Source: the human T2T-CHM13v2.0 reference genome, Homo sapiens. Taken from it: a stretch of 64,000 nt of DNA. The stretch lies in the NCBI RefSeq assembly GCF_009914755.1, contig NC_060934.1; one strand, 5' to 3'. A model generated the notes under the pieces. That model was not told where the DNA came from, did not search any database, and saw nothing but the letters and a program-made list of their open reading frames with translations. Below are positions 1-12,305 of the stretch, piece after piece; within the stretch, counting starts at the first letter, position 1, and each line of letters starts with the position of its first letter. The position numbers were made by a program, and so were the translations under genes.

Positions 1-520
1 AAGCATCTTCCAAAACTGATAGGAGACATCAAGCCACAGATTCTAATAGCTCTAAAAAGTTCAAGTAGGATGAACATAATAAAAACACACCCAAGCACAT
101 CACTGTTAAATCACCAAAGGAAAAACAAAACAAAACAAAACAAAAAACACTACTTTCCAGGATACAATAAGATCAACAGCTGACTTTTCAATAGAAATAA
201 TGAAAGCCAGAAAACTATGGAATGGCGTATTTCAAAATGCTGAAACAAAGTAACTGTCAACCTAGAATTCTATACCCAGAGAAAATATCATTTAAAGATG
301 AAGGTAACCTAGACATGTTTAGAGAAAAATAAAAATAGAGAGGATTGTCTGCTGGCAGATCTACATTAAAAGATTGCTAAAATGAGTTATTTTGTCAAAA
401 GGGAAATAATCCCAGATGGAAGCATAGTAATGCAAGAAGGAATGAAGAGTGCCAGAGAACTAAACTAGGAGGCTAAATCTAAGCCAACATCCATTATTTA
501 AAACAATGATAATAATAGTA
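1..520 (+). mobile_element. Old L1 fragment (ORF1 3' region)
   Basis: A-rich, with L1 ORF1-like text CAACCTAGAATTCTATACCCAG...AAAATATCATT. Confidence 0.6.
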
Positions 521-546
521 TAGATTCTTTCCATTGAACAAGGTTT

Positions 547-1078
547 TGAAACTGTGCTCCAAAGAGTTGAAGAAACCAATGACTAACAGAAATTATTGAG
601 TTTTCAGGATGGCAGATAAGAAAAGAAAGAACTTGATAAAATGCTGAAACTACCTCTGCTTATAAGATATTTTTTTAACTAGCTGAAATTGGTTTGAACC
701 AATATGGCCAACCAGAGTCTGTGCAGAATGAGCTTGCTGATGTAGCAGCCGCAACTTCTACCATGTTTCATACTAACGTCTCCTCATTTTGTACATGCGT
801 CCCATGAGGAAGCATGAGGAAATAACCCATGAGGAAGCATGAAGACCTTCCAGACCTTCCCTTTACTTCCACCAATCACCTACTAATCCCAGAACCTAGC
901 CACTAAAGCTTTTCTAATAAAAATACTGTCTTAGACCCAGCACAGGGAGACAGATTTGAGCTGAATTTCTATCTTCTTGTTGGTCAATTCACAATAAAAG
1001 CCTTTCTTTTCTCAAAAACGCAATGTGACACTGTTGGCTTCTAGCACATTAGGCAGCAAGCCCTTTTGCTCAGTAACA
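547..1078 (+). mobile_element. Solo LTR, ERV1 class (MER34-like, tentative)
   Basis: TG...CA termini, 4-bp direct flank GTTT (543-546 / 1079-1082), AATAAA at 993. Confidence 0.7.
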
Positions 1079-2503
1079 GTTTTCTTCCACACTTCAATAA
1101 AGAGCCAATTCTAGATATTGTTGGTCTATGTTGGATATAGTGAAGACACACTAAAGTTCACCAAATCATTCCTTTTGTTTGGACAAAATAATTTTTTTAA
1201 CTTACTTTCCTCCAAATGTTTGATCCCATCAAGTCAGAGACATGAGAATGACAGTCATGTTCCTTTCCCTGTTACTATACCAGGAATCCTGGCACATCTC
1301 AATTAACAGGCTCCAAACACAACCCTGCTATGAGGTTGTTTTCATGTGAACAGAAGTTGAGCCCTTGGCAGAGAAGCTTGGAAGTGGAGTCCAAAGGGGA
1401 CACAGCCAGATACTTAGAGACTTGGCGACTGAGCAAAAACTCAGCGATAGTTGTCTGTGCTGGGAAAAAAAAAAAAAATCCTTACTGGCATTGAAGAGTA
1501 GCTAAATATCATTTCCACCAAACAGTGGTCATTGGCTTCCGTGGTGAGAATGGTTTCAACTGAAAGCAGGCAAAATGGTACATTGTTTGAGTACCACTCT
1601 TAAAGGCCACATCTCAGGGGAGTGATTTTAGTATGTAAAAGAATCTCCCAAGAAACTGTTAGAAATGGAGGGTTATACTTTCCACTCTATGTTGCTGAGA
1701 ACCTATAAATACTCAAAAAATAGATCTTACCAAAAAAAAAAAAACAATACAGAGCATTCATTTTTGAGTCCAGTTGCACAAGCAAGAAGGTAGTAGCCTT
1801 GTAGTTTGAGGAATCTCAAAACAGATACACAACTTCATGCCTCCAGCCAAGGCTTTAGTGCCTCCTATCTTCCAATGTCTACCTGAGCCAAAAGCATGTA
1901 CCCGGTTGAGGCCAAGAGTATAGCTGAAGGGTGAGGGCTGACAGGTTAAACAGTGCAGGTGGATGAGGCTCCTGAGGATTATCTACCATCAGTCCAAGAG
2001 CAACACCTCAGCCCAACTCAGTACCTTTGCAGCATCTAAGTTGCCTTAATTCCAAGTATTAGTGAGACAAAATATTGTGGTTATTTAAAACCTCACTAGT
2101 GGTTTTAATGCATTTATAGCTTTGTCCAGAGTAAATTATTTTCTCAAATGGAACTATTCAGTGCCAAAAATTAATTCCATTTAGTGTTTTTGTATATCTC
2201 AACTCCTTAGGACACAGGCCCTCCAGCCCCCAGGATTCTAGCTTAGCAAGTCAATAGAGAAGCTCAACGATCTGCATTTTTACTAAACTTCTGAAGTCAC
2301 TCTGGCACAGAGTTAAGCGGGCGACACTTTGAGAACACCACCTCCAGGAAAGGGAAGTGGAAGAGACGGCTCTCACCTCTGACGTGCAGGACACCCAAAT
2401 TCAAGTTTTAGAAAGACCCAAATTTGTTTACATAAAAAGCAAACTGAGCCCTTTGGGCACACATTTCAAAGAAGAATAAGAATCATACTGAAAATATTTA
2501 TGA

Positions 2504-2509
2504 TTTAAT
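2504..2509 (-). terminator. TUBAL3: Probable TUBAL3 polyadenylation signal (ATTAAA)
   Basis: TTTAAT on + (ATTAAA on -) about 390 nt past the stop codon, followed on the minus strand by U-rich sequence. Confidence 0.55.
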
Positions 2510-2901
2510 CAGTGTAAAAAATGTAGACATGGGGGAAAAAACATTCGTAATCAACATGTGCTGTTTTCTACTTCCGGTACCAGAAAGGAAAAGCATAAAC
2601 TTTAGGATTTCATTGTCTCTTGGTAAAACAAAAAAATCCCACCTAGAAGTGACTCAGCAGTTCAAAGGACTCTAAGCTTCCAAAGGCTCCCAGGTAGCAG
2701 AGCTGACTTGTACCAGTAGACCAGGAAATAATGTGTTCATTGTTGGTACTGACCCACTTAATTTAGTGTGGAACCTAGAGTCTTGCCTGATTTGAGTTCA
2801 TTTTTCTGCTCATCAGGGGAACTACCCACTAGGCATATAACGGCTTGAAAAGAAAACATGCCATTTTAACTTGACATTCATTTGCACCCATCATACATGC
2901 C

Positions 2902-3846
2902 TCAGAAACTTTGCGCCACTTCCTCATAGTCCCTCTCCAGGGCTGCCAGATCTTCCCTGGCCTCCAAGAACTCTGCTTCTTCCATGCCTTCTCTGAGGTA
3001 CCAGTGCAGAAATGCTCTCTTGGCGTACATGAGGTCAAACTTGTGGTCCAGGCGGGCCCAGGCCTCCACAATCGCCGTGGTGTTGCTCAGCATGCAGATG
3101 GACCGGTGGACTTTGGCCAGGTCCCCACCCGGCATCACCGTGGGCGGCCGATTGTTGATGCCCACCTTGAAACCAGTTGGACACCAATCTACAAACTGAA
3201 CAGAGTGCCTCGACTTCGTGGCTGCGATTGCTGCATTCACTTCCTTGGGGACCACATCCCCTCTATAGAGTAGGCAGCAGGCCATGTACTTCCCAAGCCG
3301 AGGATCACACTTGACCAGCTGGTTGGAGGACTCAAAGCAAGCAGTGGTGATGTCTGACACAGAGAACTGCTCATGGTAGGCTTTGTCAGCAGAGACGATG
3401 GGGGCGAAGGCTGTCATGGGGAAATGTATTCTCGGATAAGGTACCAGGTTGGTCTGGAATTCAATTAGGTCTACATTCAAGGGCCCTTCAAACCGGAGGG
3501 AGGCAGTGATGGAAGATACCACCTGAACCACCAATCTATTGATGCTGGCATGAGAGGGGCATTCAACACCGAGTTTACGATGGCATATATCATAGACGGC
3601 CTCGTTGTCCACCATGAAGGTACAGTCCGTGTGCTCTGTGGTGGAGTGGGTGGTGAGGACAGAGTTATAAGGCTCTACCACGGCAGTGGAGATCCTGGGG
3701 GCTGGGTAGACCGAGAACTCCAGCTTAGTCTTTCTGCTATATTCTCCTGTGAGCCTCTCCATTAAGAGAGACGTAAACCCTGAACCAGTGCCTCCTCCAA
3801 AGCTTCGGAAAATCAAAAATCCCTGAAGTCCACCACACTGTTCTGC
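2902..3846 (-). CDS. TUBAL3: TUBAL3 exon 4 coding part ([10 protein letters not shown]...DYEEVAQSF*)
   Basis: Acceptor tttactttctccag|GCA GAA; GGGTGSG tubulin signature, [17 protein letters not shown] and [10 protein letters not shown] motifs. Total spliced CDS is 1341 nt = 446 aa + stop. Confidence 0.97.
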   Translation of the reverse strand, partial: AEQCGGLQGFLIFRSFGGGTGSGFTSLLMERLTGEYSRKTKLEFSVYPAPRISTAVVEPYNSVLTTHSTTEHTDCTFMVDNEAVYDICHRKLGVECPSHASINRLVVQVVSSITASLRFEGPLNVDLIEFQTNLVPYPRIHFPMTAFAPIVSADKAYHEQFSVSDITTACFESSNQLVKCDPRLGKYMACCLLYRGDVVPKEVNAAIAATKSRHSVQFVDWCPTGFKVGINNRPPTVMPGGDLAKVHRSICMLSNTTAIVEAWARLDHKFDLMYAKRAFLHWYLREGMEEAEFLEAREDLAALERDYEEVAQSF

Positions 3847-4711
3847 CTGGAGAAAGTAAATGAGATGTGAGAATTCAGCTGAATAAATCCAGAAGCAGTG
3901 AATTGGACGGTAGTGGCAGGATACAACAGGTTTCCCCAAAACAAAATCTTTCAGAAAGGACTCCTTTGCCTTTGTTAACTCCACAACAAACATAGCTACT
4001 TTGAAATACTCTCAAGGGGACTTCTGGAGTAGGCAAAGCACTTCAGAGCTTTACTATAAGCAGAGCATAAATATCCACCTGTCTTTCACTGACCTCTGTG
4101 CATTTATCGGTATGTGATCGCAAACAAGGCCTTCATCAATAACAAAGAAAATGACAAAACACTGAAGCAAAATAACATTCCCCCCACGTCTATGCTCCAT
4201 CTGGCATGCTGGTGTAAAAGGCGTTGTAGTAGCTAACAAATATGACAAACACCAAAACTCTTACTTAGCAAAGGGTCTCCAGACTCAGGCCCCTAAAGAG
4301 GAATTAATTATCAGTAAATAGAGTCACGCATCTCCAGATAGGGAGTGCCTCTTGCTAACTTCATAAACATCAGTTACTCTTGGAAAATGACAGGTTACTC
4401 TTGGAAAGTGACAGGTTTTAGAGTGCTATGGGAGTCTCTCGTAACAAGATGAACCCTGTGTTAGGAGAACCAGGGATGATCAGGTGATCAGGGGACCCCC
4501 CAGTAAGTATAAAAGTTTCTGTCTCCTTCCTAGTAACAAGGGGAAATCAAAGCCAAGATGAGAACCCCTCCCCAGTTCTGAGCACCCAGACCAGAGCCCA
4601 GGGAGAGACGGTTGGTGGCGATGGTGACAGCAGATAATGCTTGTGAGTTCTGCCGCAGGACCCCACATGCCCCAGGCACAGCCCACTCGGAGGAGAGGGG
4701 GAGCCACTTGC
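3847..4711 (-). other. TUBAL3: TUBAL3 intron 3, non-canonical GC-AG
   Basis: Only the junction KL|AEQC keeps the frame: donor GCAAGT at 4711-4706, acceptor AG at 3848-3847. Confidence 0.85.
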
Positions 4712-4860
4712 CAGCTTCCGGGTCCTCTCCAGCACAAGGTCGATGACCTCCGACCCCACAGAGTAACGGCCTCGCGCGTAATTGTTGGCAGCATCCTCCT
4801 TTCCGCTAAGGAGCTGCTCGGGGTGGAAGAGTGAACGGTGCTGGCCCGTCCGGATCCCAT
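4712..4860 (-). CDS. TUBAL3: TUBAL3 exon 3 (149 nt; [50 protein letters not shown])
   Basis: Acceptor ctgcag|AT; [11 protein letters not shown] tubulin motif (within ORF 4547..4903); donor CTG|gcaagt. Reading phase matches exons 2 and 4. Confidence 0.95.
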
Positions 4861-5084
4861 CTGCAGAGGGTGAAAGGAGGTCAGTGCAACTCACCCAGTG
4901 CAATTCAGCCGTCCACCTGCTGCTAGTCCTCCTGGAGCCTCCCCGTACTTGACTCCCATGCTTTCTCTCAATATTGTGGTCCAGGAATGGAATTTAGATA
5001 GTGCTGAATTAGCCCGTCTTAGTCCAGGAGAAGTGGAATTTTTTACATATACATGGAAAGTATGTTTTTCTACCATGCACCCCT

Positions 5085-5522
5085 TATTAGTTTCCTAGTG
5101 CTGCCATAACCAATGACAACAAACATCATGGCTTAAAACAATAGGAATTTATTTCCTAACAGCTCCAGAGGCTGGAAGTCTAACATCAAGGCGTTGGTAG
5201 GCTTGGTTCCTGCTGGAGGCCCCAGGGAGCGTCTGGTCCAAACATCTCTCCTGGCACCGGGTGACTTACAATTCTTAGCTCTCCTTGGCTTCTAGCTACC
5301 CCCTTCCAATCTCTACCTCTGGCATACAAGCCTTTTCCCCTGTATGTGTGTCTGTGCTCTCTCCTCTGATAAGGACACAATTCTTTAGCATTAGGGCCCA
5401 CCCTAATCCAGGAGGACCTCATTTTAACTAGCTACATCAGCAAAGACCCTGTTTCCAAATAAAGTCACATTCTGGGATTGCAGATGGGTATGAATTTGGG
5501 GGGACACACTTCAACCCACTGC
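5085..5522 (-). mobile_element. MaLR LTR (MLT1-type)
   Basis: TATTAGTTTCC...GGCTTAAAACAA...GGGCCCACCCTAATCCAG...TCACATTCTG pattern. Confidence 0.7.
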
Positions 5523-5567
5523 CCACCCTAGGACACATTGGCATTTTGAGACAAGTATTTTTATCTA

Positions 5568-5912
<345 letters not shown>

Positions 5913-7389
5913 TGAATTTTAAAAAATAAAGGAATATCCATCTTTTAAATCTGCTTTAAAAGAGGATTTAACAGGGAAGGCACGGCAAACTCAAATGCCC
6001 ACACGACCCAAATGCTGAGTGCATAAATGCATGACGCAGGACAATTGGCGTTAAGATGTTGGCAGTATCCAATACAACTGAGGGTAGCCCCTGCCAGGTC
6101 TCATTGCCTTTTAAAAACCTGGGCAGCATGCCCTACTCCTCCACCTTAGAATTACTCAAATAGCATTATTCCTGATGATTAAACAGCAGTGTTTCAGGGC
6201 TAAGTAGGCTTTGGGACGGCTGCCCTGGTTACTGTGGGATACTGCATTGCTTAGTAGTTAAATGCATGTTTCAAGAATCAGTTTCCTGGGTTCCTATCTT
6301 GCCTTCCTCACTAAGCTAGAGAGAAGTTACTTAGTCAATGATTTTAGCTCATAAATAAGGATTATAACAAGATCTACCCCATTGAGCTGTTACGAGAACA
6401 TAGGGCACAACGCACGGCCCATATAACAACAGCAATTATAAGTAACAATGATAGAACTGGCTTCATGACATGCATTTATGCAGATTTACCTCATTATACA
6501 CCACCAGCCTTGGCAGCAGATAGCTGAGCCAGTCCTAGAAGCTCACAGCCTAAGGAGAAATGCATTGTGTTTCTGTTTAATAAGAGCACGATTGTTTTTC
6601 AATTCACCGTGCCTTCCGTGCGTGACCATGAATTTCTAAACTCCAATTTTGCAACCTCTCAAATAATATTTATTGAAATTGAGTTTAAATAACTTTTAAC
6701 TAGCTTACACACAAACCTCCCCCAGAGCTAGGATGTTTAAAAGATATATTTATAAACAAGATATAAGTGAAAGTGTAATTCTGGGTGGACTATTTCCTTC
6801 TTATCTGAAGCTATAAGGCTGCATTCAGGCTAAGAAGGTAATTTACGGAAGCTTCCTTCTTCATGACAATGTTGAGTCGGGATCTTGAGGGTCAATAGGT
6901 TCATAAATTATTTCCATAAAATCCATTATCTCAGGGCATAGTGGTTGCAGCACCTGCCGTTCATAAGTAATCCATGCCATCCACTCTAACTTCCCGGGCA
7001 CAGGTTGCTCAGGGGCTTTACTACCCAGCATGGTGCCCTTAATCAATATCCTCAGAGACATCAATGGCTTTTGAACAATTACATGATGGCTCCTTAGCTT
7101 CCTTAACTACGGTGTCAGTCAGCTGCATTCCACTTCAATCATCATCACTCAGAACTCTCCCACTTCCAAAATCTTAAACATGCAAATTCCTTTTTCTGAC
7201 CACAACTTCCTCACTTTGCCCTAACTTCACCCTTGAGCCTGCCCCAGACCATCTTCCGAGACTCATCCCCTGCTTTGAGCTCCTGCTCACACCTATGCCT
7301 GGCCAAGCTGAACTCCTGGTTACACTTGCGGGGCATTCCTTCATGACTCTGAATTTGCAAATGCTGTCACCTCATGAGAAGGTGTGTGA

Positions 7390-8006
<617 letters not shown>

Positions 8007-8051
8007 ATATTGGATGACTCCCCGGTTATTCATTCCTTCTGCCTTGCAGAG

Positions 8052-8259
8052 CAAGCTTGTCCATCCCGCAGCCCAGGATGGCTTTGAATGCATTCCCACG
8101 CAAATTGGTAAACGTTCTTAAAACATTATGAGATCGTTTTTGCAATATTTTTTTTTGGTTCATCAGCTGTTGTTAGTGTGAGTATATTTTATGTGTGGCC
8201 CAAGATAATTCTTCTTCTTCCAATGTGTCCCAGGGAGGTCAAATTATTGGACACACTTG
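8052..8259 (-). mobile_element. hAT-Charlie MITE (MER30-like)
   Basis: Imperfect TIRs CAAGCTTGTCCA / TGGACACACTTG; internal ATTTTATGTGTGGCCCAAGA..TTCTTCTTCTTCCAATGTG. Confidence 0.7.
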
Positions 8260-8627
8260 TTGTAGAAATGTCTATTAAGTTGTATCATATACAATACAAT
8301 TAACTTTTTTAGATTAAAAAATAGTCATATACTGGCAATTTTATATGGCTCAATTTCAACAGTGTTGTTATAACTATTTATTTTTTCTTATTCACTAGAT
8401 TAGGCTACTTTCCTGTTAAAAGACAATAGATTTAATAAGAAGGCAAACCTAGGACCAAACCCAGCTCTACTCTAATAACTCAGTGATCTTAAGCAAGTTC
8501 CTTGACTTCCCCAAGATTTATAAAGTTCCTCATCTATAAATTGAGGATGATAATAATGTCTCCTGACAGAGTGTTGAAAGAATTAGAGGAAAATACCTGT
8601 GCAGTTCCCCAACTAGTAAACAATAGC

Positions 8628-8975
8628 TGCTGTGGACTAAATGGCTGTGTCCCCCCACAATTCATGCGTTGAATCCCTAATCCCTGATGTGATGGTATCT
8701 GGAGGTGAGTCTTTGTGAGTAATTAGGTCATAAGGGTAGAGACTTCATTATGGGATTAGGGCCCTTATAAGAAGAGACACAGACTATTTCTCTGCCATAT
8801 GAGAATACAGTGAGAAGGCAGCCATCTGCAAGCTGGGAAGAGAGCCTTCACCAGAAGCCAACCACCAGGCACCCTGGTCTCAGACTTCCAGCCTCCAGAA
8901 TCGTGAGAAATCAACAACTGTTGTCTAAGCCACCGGGTCCATGGTGTTCCAATACAGCAGTCCGAGTTGACCAAG
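8628..8975 (+). mobile_element. MaLR LTR (MLT1A-like)
   Basis: TGCTGTGGACTAAATG...GACTTCCAGCCTCCAGAA...TAAGCCACC. Confidence 0.75.
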
Positions 8976-9703
8976 ACAGGCATCTTCACGTCAAAGGCAA
9001 AAATCAACATTTATTCATCTTTGTACTTCTATCACCCAGCTGAAGTGTTTATGGGGTTGTATTCAATTCCTTCTTATCATGACCTTGAATTCGTCAGCCT
9101 CTCCTTTTCTCCACCCCTCCCACTCTCTCAGTCAACAGCCAGCACCAAGGGGCAGCGATGTAAATGAGTGACTTTCAAAGTGGATGCCCCAGTTCCCACT
9201 TGAGCCTTCCAAGCTGGTACCACATGGAGCACAGGCGAGCTGTCGCCTCTGAGCCCCACCCAAACTGTAGATTCATGAACAAACCAGCAATCATTATTGC
9301 CTTAAACCACTAAATGTAGGGGAAGTTTATTACACGCCAACAAATAATGGGATGCACAACATCAAACCCAATTCTACCCCACTGTCTAGCTTTTTTCTTA
9401 AGTCAGTAAGAGCCCCTTCTCTCTCCTTTATTTTTCTAGCTCCATTTCAAGAGTTTTTGCATGACATACTACAAGTCTATTGTTAGTAATCATAAAATTG
9501 TACTGTTTTTCCCATAACTAGGGTATATATTTGGCCTCTTTTTCCTTTAGGATTCTTTTCAAATATTCTACTCTTTTTAAGCAGCTATCGAAAAACTTTT
9601 TGATTCTTTGCCAGTGCCTTCTAGCAAATGGCTCTCAAACCCAGGAAAAGACTTAGTGTTCTATTATGATATATGTGTGGATCAATTAGCAGGTCTTAAT
9701 TCA

Positions 9704-10025
<322 letters not shown>

Positions 10026-10228
10026 TTAAATTCAAAAACACTAATCTGGTCTTCCCTTTGGGTGTGTTTGTCATGTTAATCACCCATGGCCACTGAGTAA
10101 GCCTCTACATTTGGGAAAGGTCCATGTGATTCCATTCAGATAGACCTGTATAATCTGCTAATCCCATCCACTTGATTTGTTTGAGTGTGGCTCCAGTTAA
10201 GTATGCTAGAATGGAACATTTATTGTAC

Positions 10229-10472
10229 CTATAACAGTTGGCTCCAAGTCCACGAAGAGTGCTCTAGGCACATGCTTCCCAGCTCTTGTCTCACAGAAGA
10301 AGGTATCGAAAGATGCATTTGTGTGCTCCATTTTTGCATTTTCCAGCTGATCCTGTTGAGTGTCAAGAACAACGCCATTTGGCTGGATTCCATGTTCCAG
10401 GCAATAGAGTTCCCAGCAGGCGTCCCCAATCTGGATGCCAGCTTGACCGATGTGGATGGAAAGGCACTCCCT
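10229..10472 (-). CDS. TUBAL3: TUBAL3 exon 2 (244 nt; [33 protein letters not shown]...[12 protein letters not shown])
   Basis: Acceptor tattttag|AGG GAG TGC and donor ATA G|gtacaa. Manual translation gives an alpha-tubulin N-terminus in a frame the ORF track does not list. Confidence 0.95.
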
Positions 10473-10815
10473 CTAAAATAAGTCATGGTGAGTTGGAACT
10501 GAGCAGGTGTTTAGAAAACAGGAGATCTGTTACTCAGCCCTTCTGGTTACAAATGACAGAAACCAAGCTAGCTTAAGGCCACGGAGGAATGTGTTATAAG
10601 GATAATCAAAAGCGTTTCATGGAAACCAAGACCCAGGGTACAGCTAAGCTTCAGGGAAAATTAAACCTGGGATTTAAATTCCATTAAAAAGTTTATTTTA
10701 ACAACATAAATTAAGCACCTACTCTGTACTTGGCTAAGAATTGAATTAAGACAAACACACACAATGCAAATCAAAATACAACTAATTTTACTTTATTCTT
10801 TCAATATAGGTGAGA

Positions 10816-10842
10816 TGTGTGTGTGTGTGTGTGTGTGCGTGT
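10816..10842. repeat. (TG)n microsatellite
   Basis: Direct reading. Confidence 0.9.
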
Positions 10843-11965
10843 AGTTATATATATCAAGTGGGCTTGTCTAGAAATAAAATTAGCTAGTTATTGGAAAGAA
10901 ATAAAACTAAAATCAATATATAGCCTTGTCAAGTACTAAAACTCATCGCAGATAAATTTAAAATGTTATCTTTACCATTCATATGCACTCTGAATAAGGA
11001 TGGATATACTAAACTTAAAACTAGTGGGAAATTTTACAAGGCAAAATGCAATAGATTTAACAGTTCCAAAATGTAAAAGTTTTATAACAAACATATAGAG
11101 ATAAAAATTGATTTTATATACATCAACTTTCTAAAAAAAAACACTTAAGACATCCACTAGATAGGCAAATGATATAAACAAACAAATTACAAAAGAAAGA
11201 CTCTAAAATGCAAGGATGTAGGCTGATGGCATTCACAAGCATCACAATTCATAAGCATGAAAACCAAAAACCAATCTATTTAATCTAACCATTTATATAT
11301 TGTTGAGCATTTAAAGGATGTTACATCAACACAATGACATGTTATGCAACCCTTAAACGTTTTCCCAAAAAAAAAAGATTTATGACATGGGAAATGCTTA
11401 TGATAACATATTAAGTAAAAAGCACATAAGATGCATGATTGCATATAGAGTATGATGTCCAATATGTTCAAAAATAGGCATAAAAATCTAAAAGAAAATG
11501 CATCAAGATATTAAGTTTAGTAATATCTGGGTAGTGATTTTATTTTCTTGTCTAAACTTTACTATTTCTTCCACCTTCATATTCCCCCATCCCACTTTAA
11601 ATCATCTTTTTTTTAAGGCAAACAACTATTCTGTTAAACAGACAATGATCTACGTTTTTAAGAGAAGGAAAGAAAAAAAATGAGAAGGAAAGTAAAAGCT
11701 AAATTCTAAGAAATCTGAGGTGATAGCAATCGCTGTTCTTAATATTGGTGTGGTTTGATTGACTGTGGTGCTGAAACAAATCTATTTAGAGGGTCTTGTA
11801 GAATGAGACCCCCATGTCTTCTGCATCATCAGGACCCTTTGGGCTGTTTGACCAGATAAGCTGAGGGGAGCCCTGCCCTTGTTCATGGCTACACTGCCCT
11901 AAAGCCTGAGATTCAACTACTGAAAGACCTCAGGCCTCCTGTCAATCCCTCACCTGTGGTCTACA

Positions 11966-12305
11966 CAGGGGTCCCCAACCCCTGGGCCACAGACCAGTAC
12001 CAGTCTGTGCCCTGTTAGGAACTGGGCTTTACAGCAGGAGGTGAGCAGCAGGTGAGTGAGCATTACTGACTGAGCTCTGCCTCCTGTCGGATCAGCGGCA
12101 GCATTAGATTCTCATAGGGGCACTAACCCTATTGTGAACTGCGCATGCAAGGGATCTAGGTTGTGTGCTCCTTATGAGAATCTAACTAATGCCTGACGAT
12201 CTGAGGTGGAACAGTTTCATCCAGAAACCATCCCCACTGCCGACTCCATGGAAAAATTGTGTCCCACAAAACTGGTTCCTGGTGCCAAAAAGTTGAGGAC
12301 CACTG
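11966..12305 (+). mobile_element. hAT-Charlie MITE (MER1B-like)
   Basis: CAGGGGTCCCCAAC ... GTTGAGGACCACTG TIRs; direct repeat GGTCTACAC at both ends. Confidence 0.8.

Noticed and set aside
3847-3993. N-terminal 49 aa of the 363-aa ORF 2902..3993
   Set aside because: Intronic read-through upstream of the exon-4 acceptor; tubulin similarity starts at 3846.
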